Source: a virus (lineage: Duplodnaviria > Caudoviricetes). Taken from it: 46,411 bases of DNA. The position numbers and the translations under genes are program-made. Location of the stretch: positions 1-46,411 of IMG/VR virus record IMGVR_UViG_3300037461_001781; one strand, written 5' to 3'. Within the stretch, counting starts at the first letter, position 1, and each line of letters opens with the position of its first letter. The notes below the pieces were generated by a model. It made no database searches. It was not told the origin of the DNA and saw nothing but the letters and a program-made list of their open reading frames with translations. Below are positions 1 through 10,305 of the stretch, piece after piece.

Positions 1-3000
1 CATAGTTATTGCTCGAAATAAAATATTAAAAAAATTATTTTTTATTTCGACTTTATTTAAATTAAAAGCACGAATCCCTATTTCCTTACCGGCAGTTACC
101 AAGTCTTTTACAGAAAAATAATTACAGTTTATACGTAAATCTTCACACGTACCAGATAAATAAATACCATAGTTATTACAAGCAGTAGCCTCTCTGCCTA
201 AATAAAAATAATTATCCGTTACATTGGAGCCAATTAGACCAGAAGAAGAGAAACAATTTATAGTTGAAGCCGCCACGCTATAAGTATGAAGAATATTATT
301 AGATATAGTATGATTTGTACCATTTAAAGCAATAATTGACCGAGAAGAAGATGCATCTATTGTTTGTTTTACATAATTATTTTTTACAGCCCAATTACTA
401 TTACTAGAATGTGAAGAATTAGTAATTAAGCATGCATTTCCTTCATCCAATATATTACCATCAATAACTATATTACTAACATAATATGAATTTGATCTAG
501 GTCCACAAAAATAGTTGCTATTCATACTACCAGAAAAATCACATCCTATTATACGACACCCCGTATCTAAACGAAAAACAACAGAAGAATCCAAAGAAGA
601 CGCTGAAATTTTAACATCTCTAACCTCACAGTTTGTACCTAATACCCACATCCCTTCGGTTATACCACTACCAGCTAAAGCTACTCTTGCTAAATCAGAA
701 CCAACAACCGTAGAGTACGCGCTTTGTGATATTGGTCTACCAGATATTACCGATGAGTCCCCAACTAAAACAAATAGCCTGTTATTGTCATCCGCGCCAT
801 ATTGCAGGTTTAATGCACTAGACCAAGAGAAAGCTGCCTCTAGATTATCAAAAGCGGCAAGAGTACTTGTATCTTCAAAAGACCCCCTTCTACCACCAAC
901 AGACCATTCATATACATTATTAGACACGTTTCTAGAAACATCTAAAGATAAAGTAATATTCGTTAAATCAGTTACAACATACCATAACGGTACGCCTTTT
1001 TCTACAAACCAAGACTTATCGTTGACATAATCACTGTCCAACAGTGGATCACCAACAAAAGTAGACCCAACCAAATAAGAGATAGCTTTTTGGTATGAAC
1101 TAAATTCTGTACCTATCTCCAAATATTGTAAATTTCCTAAATAATCAACGTAAATCAACAATTGTGAACTAGCCGGAAGTGCAATAGCTGTAGTTTCCTT
1201 TGAAAGCTTCCTTCCTCTACAATAATAATTTCCACCCAAAATAGTAGCCGTCAAACCAGTCGAAGAGAGTTTGAACTCTTTTCCACCTTCTTTATTAAAC
1301 AAAATACCAGATTTATGCAAATCTTTTATATGCCCGTATTCTAGATCCTCTAAAGCATTATCATTAATATTACCGGTACAGAGAGTCCCAAAAACTTTTT
1401 TATCAATAGTATGTCGGACTCCCCCAGAAGGATCGCTAATATCTGTATTCCAACCAAGAGTACCTCGCACAGAATTCCACCAATATACAATAGCACGTAA
1501 GTGTAAATTCTGAGTCATGTCTGGTCTATCATACACAGTAATTGTATCAGTATAAACACCACTTACCGTAGGTAATATAGCATCAGGTAAACTAGCGCCA
1601 GTCCTGTTTACATAAAGATCTATCCAATTTATGTTGTCACTTGAATATAACCTAATTATCTGCCCTTCCGGGTCAGACGGAGGAGAAGTCTTACTTATAA
1701 ATACTGGAACACCACTATTCCAGGTAAACCTTAAAGAAAATGCAGCAACTTCACACTCCAACACAAAAGACCCAGAAGGATGCTCTTCGCTGCTGTCTAC
1801 GATCCAAGTACCTGTAATAGTTCTAGCGCCAGAACCACTAGGATATGGATATTCTGCTCTTAATTTCACAGTTAAAATAGATTCATCGTCAACATACAAA
1901 TCATATAATTTAGCACCATCAGAATTAGTTGGTCCTAAAAAACCAGAAGAAAAATTAGCAGGAGTAAAATAAAAACTTCCAGGGGAAGCAGTATTAGATT
2001 TTTTACCATTAACATAATATAAATCTGAAACAGTAGGTGTTTGTATTAGTAGAGTATCTCCATTAGGTGCTATAGTATTTATAACAACATCAAAAACAGA
2101 CGGGTTACTCTCTCTCCAAATTCCGTTACAGTGCTCTACATCTTGATGCTCATCCAATAAAGAAATAGTCTCACCTGCCAAATCATCAAGAGATAGTCCA
2201 TGCGCATTGTGCTCTGTAATAATCCCAGTCCCGACCTTATTTCTATGTAAATAATCTTCAGCAGACAATCTAGGTATTGACTGATAATATAGATTAACTA
2301 TCTCAAAATTTTCGTTATATACGCCGCTAACTGTAGGTAATTGAGAAACAATAGCTTGTATCTTAACCCACTTTCCAGAACCATCTGTCAAAGTTAACAA
2401 ACTATCCGAAGTAAAAGTAGTATAAGAAGCAGGGTAAGTACTACCAGGAGCCTTCCATTTTATCTTAAGATCCGGGCTTGCTGTATTATCAAACTCTACC
2501 TCAGCCTGCCCTGGATCAACAGAAGGGTCTACTGATAATATAGTAACGCCGACAATGGAAACTAATTGATTTGGATTCGCATATAAAATACTATTATAAT
2601 TTGTTGGTAACTCTATATTTGTTAAGGTTACACCAACACCTTCAGCCTCAACTTTGGCTAGAATAAGACATCTGTCTAGAGCATCATTATCCAAATTATC
2701 GTCAGATGGTGGAATAACTAGAGGATTTTCAAAATCTGTTTCAGAAAAAACTCTAATTCTATAAGAAGCCTTGCTATATGTAGGATAAGTATTTCCATCA
2801 GACTCATGTGGTTGATTATAAGTTTTATCCTCCGTATATACAGCGCAAATAACATTAATAACTCCAGCTACATAATCAGATAAACTAACATTTGAGGTAT
2901 TCACCGTTGAAACAATGTAATCACCTCTTGGCGTAAAACCAGTGAATGCAGCCACATCAACCCTATCTGTATTTATAGGATTAACACTAACTACACCACC

Positions 3001-3126
3001 AGAAATAACGCCACCAGAAGATAAACTAGTTCTGTTTTTCATTATTTGAGCAGACTTAGTATCCTCCACCCGCTTTAAAGCAACTTGATCTATAAGAACG
3101 CCATTCGGAAATATTGAACCTTCCAT
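1..3126 (-). CDS. Large tail fibre/tailspike-like protein, >=1042 aa, 3' end beyond window edge; not in supplied ORF track
   Basis: Manual translation: ATG at 3126 preceded by AGAGGT SD, open to position 1 (MEGSIFPNGVLIDQVALKRVEDTK...NNFFNILFRAITM). C-terminal part has beta-helix-like repeats (NIVIDGNIL, WAVKNNYV, HTISNNIL, NVTDNYFY, VEIKNNFF). Follows baseplate genes. Confidence 0.85.
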   Translation of the reverse strand, partial: MEGSIFPNGVLIDQVALKRVEDTKSAQIMKNRTSLSSGGVISGGVVSVNPINTDRVDVAAFTGFTPRGDYIVSTVNTSNVSLSDYVAGVINVICAVYTEDKTYNQPHESDGNTYPTYSKASYRIRVFSETDFENPLVIPPSDDNLDNDALDRCLILAKVEAEGVGVTLTNIELPTNYNSILYANPNQLVSIVGVTILSVDPSVDPGQAEVEFDNTASPDLKIKWKAPGSTYPASYTTFTSDSLLTLTDGSGKWVKIQAIVSQLPTVSGVYNENFEIVNLYYQSIPRLSAEDYLHRNKVGTGIITEHNAHGLSLDDLAGETISLLDEHQDVEHCNGIWRESNPSVFDVVINTIAPNGDTLLIQTPTVSDLYYVNGKKSNTASPGSFYFTPANFSSGFLGPTNSDGAKLYDLYVDDESILTVKLRAEYPYPSGSGARTITGTWIVDSSEEHPSGSFVLECEVAAFSLRFTWNSGVPVFISKTSPPSDPEGQIIRLYSSDNINWIDLYVNRTGASLPDAILPTVSGVYTDTITVYDRPDMTQNLHLRAIVYWWNSVRGTLGWNTDISDPSGGVRHTIDKKVFGTLCTGNINDNALEDLEYGHIKDLHKSGILFNKEGGKEFKLSSTGLTATILGGNYYCRGRKLSKETTAIALPASSQLLIYVDYLGNLQYLEIGTEFSSYQKAISYLVGSTFVGDPLLDSDYVNDKSWFVEKGVPLWYVVTDLTNITLSLDVSRNVSNNVYEWSVGGRRGSFEDTSTLAAFDNLEAAFSWSSALNLQYGADDNNRLFVLVGDSSVISGRPISQSAYSTVVGSDLARVALAGSGITEGMWVLGTNCEVRDVKISASSLDSSVVFRLDTGCRIIGCDFSGSMNSNYFCGPRSNSYYVSNIVIDGNILDEGNACLITNSSHSSNSNWAVKNNYVKQTIDASSSRSIIALNGTNHTISNNILHTYSVAASTINCFSSSGLIGSNVTDNYFYLGREATACNNYGIYLSGTCEDLRINCNYFSVKDLVTAGKEIGIRAFNLNKVEIKNNFFNILFRAITM

Positions 3127-3163
3127 TTTTACCTCTAAATAGTCAAAAACTACCTAACAAAAC

Positions 3164-3192
3164 ATGCTACCATAGTTTTACATCAATGTCAA
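3164..3192 (-). promoter_or_regulatory. Sigma70-type promoter upstream of the tail fibre gene
   Basis: TTGACA (3192-3187), 17-nt spacer, TGg-TAGCAT (3169-3164) in the 69-bp intergenic gap. Confidence 0.65.
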
Positions 3193-3195
3193 CAA

Positions 3196-6100
3196 TTATC
3201 TTCCCCATACGTTAGTTAAACTAGGAACATAAGGATTAGACCCATGTATCTTCAAACCCTTCAAAACTAATGATCTTATTCTAAAATCTTTCAAACTTCT
3301 AATACCTGAAATAGAAAGCTTCATTTGATGATAACGATGCGGTATTGATTGTATTACAGATACATTAGAATTTTTCTCTGTTTCTTTCCAAGAAGCGGCA
3401 ACACAATCAGCTTCAGTCGGACCAGACCTATGTTCAAAAGTAGCAGTTAATCTGCTACGTTCATAAACCTTTTTTTCTTGGTGATACAGAAGATATTGAC
3501 CGTTCACCATATAGTTTATGTCTATTTCTACCATTTTATCCCCAACAAACCTCCAATTTAATTTTGGCACTTCTCTTCGCTCGTAAGCTTCTTGCACGTA
3601 AAGATAAGAAGTTGTTTTGTCGGCTTTAGAGCTTTTAGTTAAAAACGATCTTCCAGTTTGATAATTAAAAAATAATGGAGTTTCAACATCATAATAACCT
3701 AAGTTTGAATCAAACCTTTCCCATAAAAAATAATCCGCCAACCACATGTAATCCTGAAAATCAGCACCTAAATCGAAAACAGTTGTAGTAACTTGGTATA
3801 ATAAATTATAATCAATTGTAAAAATTGATGATAAATTTAAATCCCCACTTATAAACCAAGAATTAGGAATAGAAATTCTGTTTGGTGCTATAAAACTCCA
3901 CATATTATTCGGAACAGGTATGCCGTTTTCATATAAAATAGCTTCTTCCTGGTCTTCATCAGAATAATATAAAAGTTCTGCCTCTCTATTCAAACCAATC
4001 AAAGATAAAGCTAATCTTTCATTAGTTATTGGAGATTCAAACTCTGGATAAATGTAAGAATACTTAAAAGGAGATGTTGATTGTATTTCGCAATTAACCA
4101 AGCCACAATAAGAAAAATCTTCCTCTGAAATAGAACCAACTAAATTAAGCACATTTCCTGATGAATCATACTCAGAAACATCTAAAATATGCAAATCAGA
4201 ATTAGCTGGAGATATCCTCCTAGTCAACCCTTTATTAATAGTGGAATCTTCGATTAGTACAGCTTTACTCAAAGTATTATAAAAACTATAAGTCGGTAAT
4301 AAACTATAATTTACATCAACAACAATATATGAAGAATCCGGAGCAATTAGTGTATAAGTATCAGAACTAATTATTGGAACCCACCCTAAACCTGGTGCAA
4401 AATTTGTACCAAATGGAACCCATCTAAATTTCCTAGAATCAGTTGAGGGGTTATACTCGTATTCTATAACACCAGAACCTCCAGGTGTGTCAAAACTTAT
4501 AGTTAGAATTCTTAACCCTGCCATAGGTGTTGTTTTGTTTACTGACTTATGTTTCAATCCTAAATATTTTTTTTCATTTAAAACAAGCTCATCCTTTGAC
4601 CACAACCAAACCAATTCTCCCATATACTGAGAGTGCCTACTTCTTGATACAGTAGCATATGACAAATAAGTAGAAGATATATAATCTATAGTAACATTAA
4701 CTGCATCAGCAACTATATCCAAATCCCCAGTAGGTTTATTAAAATTAACACAAACGAGAACTCCAGAATCCGTCCAAGACAGAGGCGGAGTTTCATTATA
4801 GAGAATGTCTGAAGGAATTATTGTTCTAAATTCAACATATGTATAATCGTTATATCCTAATCCGCCAGATGAATTTGTTATAGGATTTGCAATACTAGAA
4901 ACCCATGAATTACCGCCATCAAAAGAAAAACTAAGTGTTACAGTAATAGCTCCTGAATTATTTGATTTAAACCACCCAGACAACTTTGCTGTAAAACCCT
5001 CATAATCATAAAATAATCCACTTCCTTTTTGTGGCCAATTACTACCTCTAGGAGTACCGTCTATTAAAGGAAATTTTTTAACGTGTGAAATCAAGTCTAC
5101 ATTATCAAGTGTTGTATCTTTAAAAGACCAAGACATGGCAGAAGCTTTTTCATTATTGCCAAAAACATTGGAAATAATATCTGACGGATAAAAAATACTT
5201 TCAGACGTAGTCGGTAAATTCGGTGAAATAAACCAATAATTAGGAGATTCTACCATAGAATCTGTAACATCATCATACACGATTACAACATCAGTTTGAC
5301 TACTACTTGGTAAATCACTCTTAATAATATCTACAAAAATGCCACCTACTTGACCTTTTCCTTCAACTGCAAGAGTGTAACTAGGAACTCTAACATAAGA
5401 AGAAACCCCTAATACCTTTGGTAGTTCATCAAAAATTACATATATTTTTAACTCATTTAATAAAGTATCTAATAAATTATAGTAACCGTCCTCTACAACA
5501 TCAACCCAAGGTCCGAAAGCTCCAGAATATGATTTCCAACGCAATTTATGTACGTCTTGATCGCTAACAACACTGTAATCATGTTCTAGTTCTATATTAC
5601 CTATAAACGAGTACACTCCAACAAGACCCAAAAAATTGACCCCTGAAACATTTATACTACAATTAAAACTTAAAGGTATATTTCCAAAAAGTTCTGGACC
5701 AGCGCTATCATATCTTGAAACTATTTTAATATTAGAAATACTACCTGACGGAACAACCACATTAGCAGGAGATTTCAATAACAGTTTTCCGTTATAGTTA
5801 GATGCAAAAGACCCATAAGCTACACCATATCTAATATCTAAACCTAACGCAGTATTTATATCCAAAACTACATCATTAACAGAAGGGTTTGGCAAATTAG
5901 TGGTCAATTGAATATCAATCACGCCCTTATTATCAATATCTAAGGATAATATGTTATTTTTTGACAACCCAGGTCCGGTGCTTATACTATAAATAACTGT
6001 AGATACGTCCCTGCCTATAAGACTTGCAGAAATGTTAGAAATAGGTCCTGGTAAAAATAACTCCCCGTCAGAAGCAAACTTAGGTGCACCCGAGTTACCA

Positions 6101-6891
6101 TCTAAAACCCACGTTAACAAATTATTTGTATGGTCATATTGCAATTCATGTGGAGTTATTGGATTAGAGACTACACCCGCCTCTACTCTTATTAATTCCA
6201 CACCTGTTATATTCCCAGTGCTTGACAAATATGCAGACCTATCTAAAAATCTATAATTACACAACATAGATTGATCTAAAATCCAATTCGGACCCCACTT
6301 TCTTTTGCTATAACCAAAAGGTGGAATTTGTGTAATTTCTGCAACAGACTCCTCCAAGCCCTTAAATGTACCGCCAAAATTCCTAAAAGAAGTCCTTAAC
6401 TCATGTAGTTGATTTCTATATGAAGTTACTCCTTGCCCTATATCATTATAAAAAGATATTGCAGGAGAAAAAACATCAAGTAACCCATCGATATCCGCAG
6501 TCTCTATACAAAGATTATCACGAACTTGATTAAAGTTATTATCAATTTCTTCCAAACAGTCTGCATAAGAAGCCAACCATAGCGCATACTCCCTAACAGT
6601 AATATAAGAAAAAATACGTCTACCATTATTTCTATTATAAAGAATAAGTTCTATTTCACCACGAGGTAACTTCCTTTTTAAAACAATATTACCATTAGAG
6701 TCTGAAATCTCAGTACCGCTAAAAACTTCGTTAAGATAAATACCAAATTCTGTATTTGGAGAACCTGTTTCTACTCTAAAATAAGTATAGCCGGAATTAT
6801 AAGGAACAACTACACCATTATTAGCATAGTAACTACCGCCAATTATAAAATGAATAAGGTCTGCATACCTATCTATTACACCTAAACTCAT
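3196..6891 (-). CDS. Large baseplate wedge / fibre-attachment protein (1231 aa) with multiple accessory beta-domains
   Basis: Downstream of baseplate J. Segment LEEIDNNFNQVRDNLCIETAD...YRNQL...GGTFKGLEESVAEIT resembles P2 gpI/T4 gp7-type wedge core; remainder is beta-rich repeats. Confidence 0.6.
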   Translation of the reverse strand: MSLGVIDRYADLIHFIIGGSYYANNGVVVPYNSGYTYFRVETGSPNTEFGIYLNEVFSGTEISDSNGNIVLKRKLPRGEIELILYNRNNGRRIFSYITVREYALWLASYADCLEEIDNNFNQVRDNLCIETADIDGLLDVFSPAISFYNDIGQGVTSYRNQLHELRTSFRNFGGTFKGLEESVAEITQIPPFGYSKRKWGPNWILDQSMLCNYRFLDRSAYLSSTGNITGVELIRVEAGVVSNPITPHELQYDHTNNLLTWVLDGNSGAPKFASDGELFLPGPISNISASLIGRDVSTVIYSISTGPGLSKNNILSLDIDNKGVIDIQLTTNLPNPSVNDVVLDINTALGLDIRYGVAYGSFASNYNGKLLLKSPANVVVPSGSISNIKIVSRYDSAGPELFGNIPLSFNCSINVSGVNFLGLVGVYSFIGNIELEHDYSVVSDQDVHKLRWKSYSGAFGPWVDVVEDGYYNLLDTLLNELKIYVIFDELPKVLGVSSYVRVPSYTLAVEGKGQVGGIFVDIIKSDLPSSSQTDVVIVYDDVTDSMVESPNYWFISPNLPTTSESIFYPSDIISNVFGNNEKASAMSWSFKDTTLDNVDLISHVKKFPLIDGTPRGSNWPQKGSGLFYDYEGFTAKLSGWFKSNNSGAITVTLSFSFDGGNSWVSSIANPITNSSGGLGYNDYTYVEFRTIIPSDILYNETPPLSWTDSGVLVCVNFNKPTGDLDIVADAVNVTIDYISSTYLSYATVSRSRHSQYMGELVWLWSKDELVLNEKKYLGLKHKSVNKTTPMAGLRILTISFDTPGGSGVIEYEYNPSTDSRKFRWVPFGTNFAPGLGWVPIISSDTYTLIAPDSSYIVVDVNYSLLPTYSFYNTLSKAVLIEDSTINKGLTRRISPANSDLHILDVSEYDSSGNVLNLVGSISEEDFSYCGLVNCEIQSTSPFKYSYIYPEFESPITNERLALSLIGLNREAELLYYSDEDQEEAILYENGIPVPNNMWSFIAPNRISIPNSWFISGDLNLSSIFTIDYNLLYQVTTTVFDLGADFQDYMWLADYFLWERFDSNLGYYDVETPLFFNYQTGRSFLTKSSKADKTTSYLYVQEAYERREVPKLNWRFVGDKMVEIDINYMVNGQYLLYHQEKKVYERSRLTATFEHRSGPTEADCVAASWKETEKNSNVSVIQSIPHRYHQMKLSISGIRSLKDFRIRSLVLKGLKIHGSNPYVPSLTNVWGR

Positions 6892-7886
6892 TTACCACCA
6901 CCAAGACCCTTTCTGCTAGTTACAGGAGTCCTAACAGTACTATCCCCTATCATATTTATTTTAACAGAAGACTTAGTATCGTCAACTAAAATAAGATTGT
7001 CTAAAAAATAATATTCATACGCATCTGGCACTAAAAAAGTTCCATTAGAAACAACTGCGATATTAACCAGACCTGCATAAGCGGCAGCTTGGTCTTTTAA
7101 GTCTAAGCTATAAGGCGTCTGCCCTCTAGCGCGGACGTTACTAACAACTATGAGATCATCAACTACTTGGTTATCAAATGCAACATATGTTTTACTTAAA
7201 ATACTTTCTACAACAACATTAGAAACAGAATATGCTGCAGCGTTATTTAAGGAATAAACTCTAAATTTTGAAGCTCCGGTATAAGCCCTCTCACTCTTAA
7301 ATATCAACGAGCCATTTGCATAAAAATAAATGTCAGAACACCACCGTAACAATTTTAATGTAGACAGCCCAAACGTCCACGGTGCTTCATAGTAATCAAC
7401 TAAAGAACCATTTACATATACACAACATTTTAATTTTAAAGAATTTGACGTAGGTCCAACAACTATTGAAAAATAAGATCGGTTATTATCATCTTTATAC
7501 AAACTAAAATTTAACAGCGATACTTCTGAAGTTGGGTAGGTCGTTAATTTAGGAAGCCTTATTCGTAACTCATACTGTGTATTTATATGCAAATGGTTCA
7601 TTTCTATACCGCACGTAGACCCCGCCACTACTCCAGTACTCAAAACCAAGTGAGATGCCCCAGTTGTTAAAACTCCAGAACCATCAGTAATATTTAACCA
7701 CTTAACAGGGTCTAATATCACACCAGTAAAATCATCATCATACGAAGTAAATTTAAACCCAGCCCCGTTAATGATAAATGATTGCCCTCCGGTAGAAGGA
7801 CCAGACTCTGGATAAATGTCCGACACAAACAGAGTAGACCCATATAAAATAGAAGAACCATATAAAAATGTACTAAATTTAGCCAT
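6888..7886 (-). CDS. Baseplate-associated protein: IPT/TIG Ig-like domain with inserted concanavalin-A/lectin-like domain (332 aa)
   Basis: VSDIYPESGPSTGGQSFIINGAGF is a typical IPT/TIG start and GLVNIAVVSNG...DAYEY a typical end; DDDFTGVILDPVKW begins a ConA/GH16-like insert. Confidence 0.6.
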   Translation of the reverse strand: MAKFSTFLYGSSILYGSTLFVSDIYPESGPSTGGQSFIINGAGFKFTSYDDDFTGVILDPVKWLNITDGSGVLTTGASHLVLSTGVVAGSTCGIEMNHLHINTQYELRIRLPKLTTYPTSEVSLLNFSLYKDDNNRSYFSIVVGPTSNSLKLKCCVYVNGSLVDYYEAPWTFGLSTLKLLRWCSDIYFYANGSLIFKSERAYTGASKFRVYSLNNAAAYSVSNVVVESILSKTYVAFDNQVVDDLIVVSNVRARGQTPYSLDLKDQAAAYAGLVNIAVVSNGTFLVPDAYEYYFLDNLILVDDTKSSVKINMIGDSTVRTPVTSRKGLGGGK

Positions 7887-7898
7887 CTTAACCCCGCT

Positions 7899-9323
7899 TT
7901 AAACCAAATTAATAACCAAATCTGCTTCTTCCAATCTAGCGTGAAAATTTGGAGGCACAATAATGTCTCCAACACCAGACCCATCTTTTATACTTAACTG
8001 ATTATATGTAAAATTATCTACACCATAGATCTTAGAAACAACCCCACTTATATCGAACTCTTCCACACTTTGACCTAACTTTAATGCATTTATATAATTT
8101 AGTATAGCCCCTCTAACCAAATTCAAAATAATTGATGGAGACCCTGACAAAACCTTTAAATCCGCGTCTATTTCTATGTATAAGGGTCCCGCCCATCTAA
8201 ACAATTTATCCACGCCCATAGTGTAGTAAGCAGGCTGATTAAAAAAAGAATTTAAAATATTAATTAATGAGTTATATTTATAAGTAATTATTACATCATC
8301 TCCAATATCGGGATGATTTCCTCCAGGTAGCCATCTTATACCATCGCTTGAATAAGTGCTATAAGCATAAATACCTTCCCCAGTAATAACTTCATAATCT
8401 GTGCCTTCCGAATATTGAGTAGATTTAGCTACAGAATACACCGAGGATACCTCCATTAATGGCTGCTTATCAACTGAATTCAATGTATAAACACCATTAT
8501 AATACGTTGGATATACCCTATCTGAAGCAGACTCCCCCATTACCCAAATATCAACAGCGCCTACATCAAACTGATCTCTTGTCATATATGGATCAGTGCC
8601 ATAAACAATATACGCATCTAAAACTGAACTAAAATTATCCAATATAAAACTTTTTATACCAGAAGGCGTAGCCAATTGCGATCCCTCTATATGCAATAAA
8701 TACCTATTAGCTAATTCTTCATTTGTCTCAATACCTCTGCCACTGGAAGTGGCACTTACATTATAAACCTCGTCAAACTGCTCTAATGGTCGTTTAAACT
8801 CAGTAATAGTATATGGACCAACATTAGCTTCTGTACCTTGGATAACACTAGCAACAGAAACTTGTAATTCATATTTTCCAGTTTCTGCATTATAATAACT
8901 AGACGCCGCAGAAGCATACATAGTCTTAGTTTCTATAGTTCTAAAAACAACAGAGGTCCCCACTGTAGGGTTTACTCTTGTTGAGACAGGAAAATTAACA
9001 GGTACAGTAATATCACTAGTTGGAGCACTAACCCTAGCAAAAGTAACTACGGTTATAACCCGCGACCCAAGCCATCTTACAATATTCTCATTATAAACAA
9101 AGTCATCAACATCATCGGGTACTAAATTATTAGCGTTTTTTAAACTTAACAAATTATTTAGATAAACAGCCCTGTTATTCTGACTTTCTAATACAGATGA
9201 AATTGGATCTATGAAAACATCCCTAATTTCGCTAATTCTAGTATCAAGAGTTTTATCCCTAGAAGCAATCCCTATAGAAATTTGTTCAGCAAAATCATTC
9301 GTCGTTAATTTTTGTATTGGCAT
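7899..9323 (-). CDS. Baseplate J / gp6-like wedge protein (474 aa)
   Basis: Motifs VASVIQGTEANVGPYTIT, VYNVSATSSGRGIETNEELANRY, GAVDIWVMG, YINALKLGQSV; position after gp25-like gene. Confidence 0.9.
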   Translation of the reverse strand: MPIQKLTTNDFAEQISIGIASRDKTLDTRISEIRDVFIDPISSVLESQNNRAVYLNNLLSLKNANNLVPDDVDDFVYNENIVRWLGSRVITVVTFARVSAPTSDITVPVNFPVSTRVNPTVGTSVVFRTIETKTMYASAASSYYNAETGKYELQVSVASVIQGTEANVGPYTITEFKRPLEQFDEVYNVSATSSGRGIETNEELANRYLLHIEGSQLATPSGIKSFILDNFSSVLDAYIVYGTDPYMTRDQFDVGAVDIWVMGESASDRVYPTYYNGVYTLNSVDKQPLMEVSSVYSVAKSTQYSEGTDYEVITGEGIYAYSTYSSDGIRWLPGGNHPDIGDDVIITYKYNSLINILNSFFNQPAYYTMGVDKLFRWAGPLYIEIDADLKVLSGSPSIILNLVRGAILNYINALKLGQSVEEFDISGVVSKIYGVDNFTYNQLSIKDGSGVGDIIVPPNFHARLEEADLVINLV

Positions 9324-9337
9324 TTTATCTACCTTCT

Positions 9338-9778
9338 TTATGAAGAAAAATAACCATTTATGCTAAAATTACCATTACCATCCTGAGTCACTATATCAAT
9401 TCTCCATTTAAAATTTCTTGGGTCTTCAGCAGTTGCCCAAACTATAGCTGGAGAAAAATCGTGAATAAGCTCTTTAGATGTCCTCTGAGCAAATAAATAC
9501 TTTCTCTGCGCATTCTTCAAATTATTTATGCCAGATCTTAATCTATTTTGAAATTCAAAAACAGCAGGATAGGTTGAAAAATCTTCACTGGCAGAAAAAA
9601 TATCATTCCCTAAAACTTCATCTAAACTACAACCTAATCCAGTTGTTTTTCTGATATTAGTAGTTAGTATTCTCTTTACATCCTGCTGCAATTTAGCATT
9701 ATCTTCCACGTAAGTATAACCACTATTATTAAAATTTCTAACAATATCTCCATTTTCAAATTTTAATGACTTAGACAT
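9338..9778 (-). CDS. gp25/GPW-like baseplate wedge protein (sheath initiator)
   Basis: LKFENGDIV...KLQQDVKRILTT...GLGCSL pattern; directly upstream of baseplate J. Confidence 0.7.
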   Translation of the reverse strand: MSKSLKFENGDIVRNFNNSGYTYVEDNAKLQQDVKRILTTNIRKTTGLGCSLDEVLGNDIFSASEDFSTYPAVFEFQNRLRSGINNLKNAQRKYLFAQRTSKELIHDFSPAIVWATAEDPRNFKWRIDIVTQDGNGNFSINGYFSS

Positions 9779-10304
9779 TTCTATCCCTCAACAAATCATC
9801 CGATTCTACCACTAGAGCATTATACAACGCATCATCTATAATATCTAAAGTTAATCTTAATTGCTCTTTAGTCGTTTCCCAATATCTTAATAATGTATTC
9901 AAATGTGCGGTAAATGATAAAAGAGATGAATAACGATTTTTGTAAATCTCAGAAAAAGAAAACCCAGCCTCTAATAGTGCAATAGCAGGGCTTGTAAGAT
10001 ATTCATAAAATTCAGGACAAACGTCTTGTGCTGGACCTAGCTTAGTAATACCCGATAATAATATATTTTTTGCAGCATCAACTGCTTCTTCATATTTATT
10101 CCATGTGTATTTTTCAAATAACAAAACAGGATCTCTACTCGCTATAAAAGCACGTAGAACAAGAATTTGCTGGTCTACTTTTAGAATCATTTTTTCAATA
10201 AAATCTCTAATTATTCGCAAATAAACAGAAGTTTGTTTATAAGCCCAGCTTAAAACGCATTTTGAAATAACAGTTTCAGTCGCACTAAGAGCTTCATGTA
10301 CCAT
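9771..10304 (-). CDS. Hypothetical alpha-helical baseplate-region protein (177 aa)
   Basis: Full ORF coupled between spike and gp25 genes; no recognised motif. Confidence 0.6.
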   Translation of the reverse strand: MVHEALSATETVISKCVLSWAYKQTSVYLRIIRDFIEKMILKVDQQILVLRAFIASRDPVLLFEKYTWNKYEEAVDAAKNILLSGITKLGPAQDVCPEFYEYLTSPAIALLEAGFSFSEIYKNRYSSLLSFTAHLNTLLRYWETTKEQLRLTLDIIDDALYNALVVESDDLLRDRNV

Positions 10305-10305
10305 T

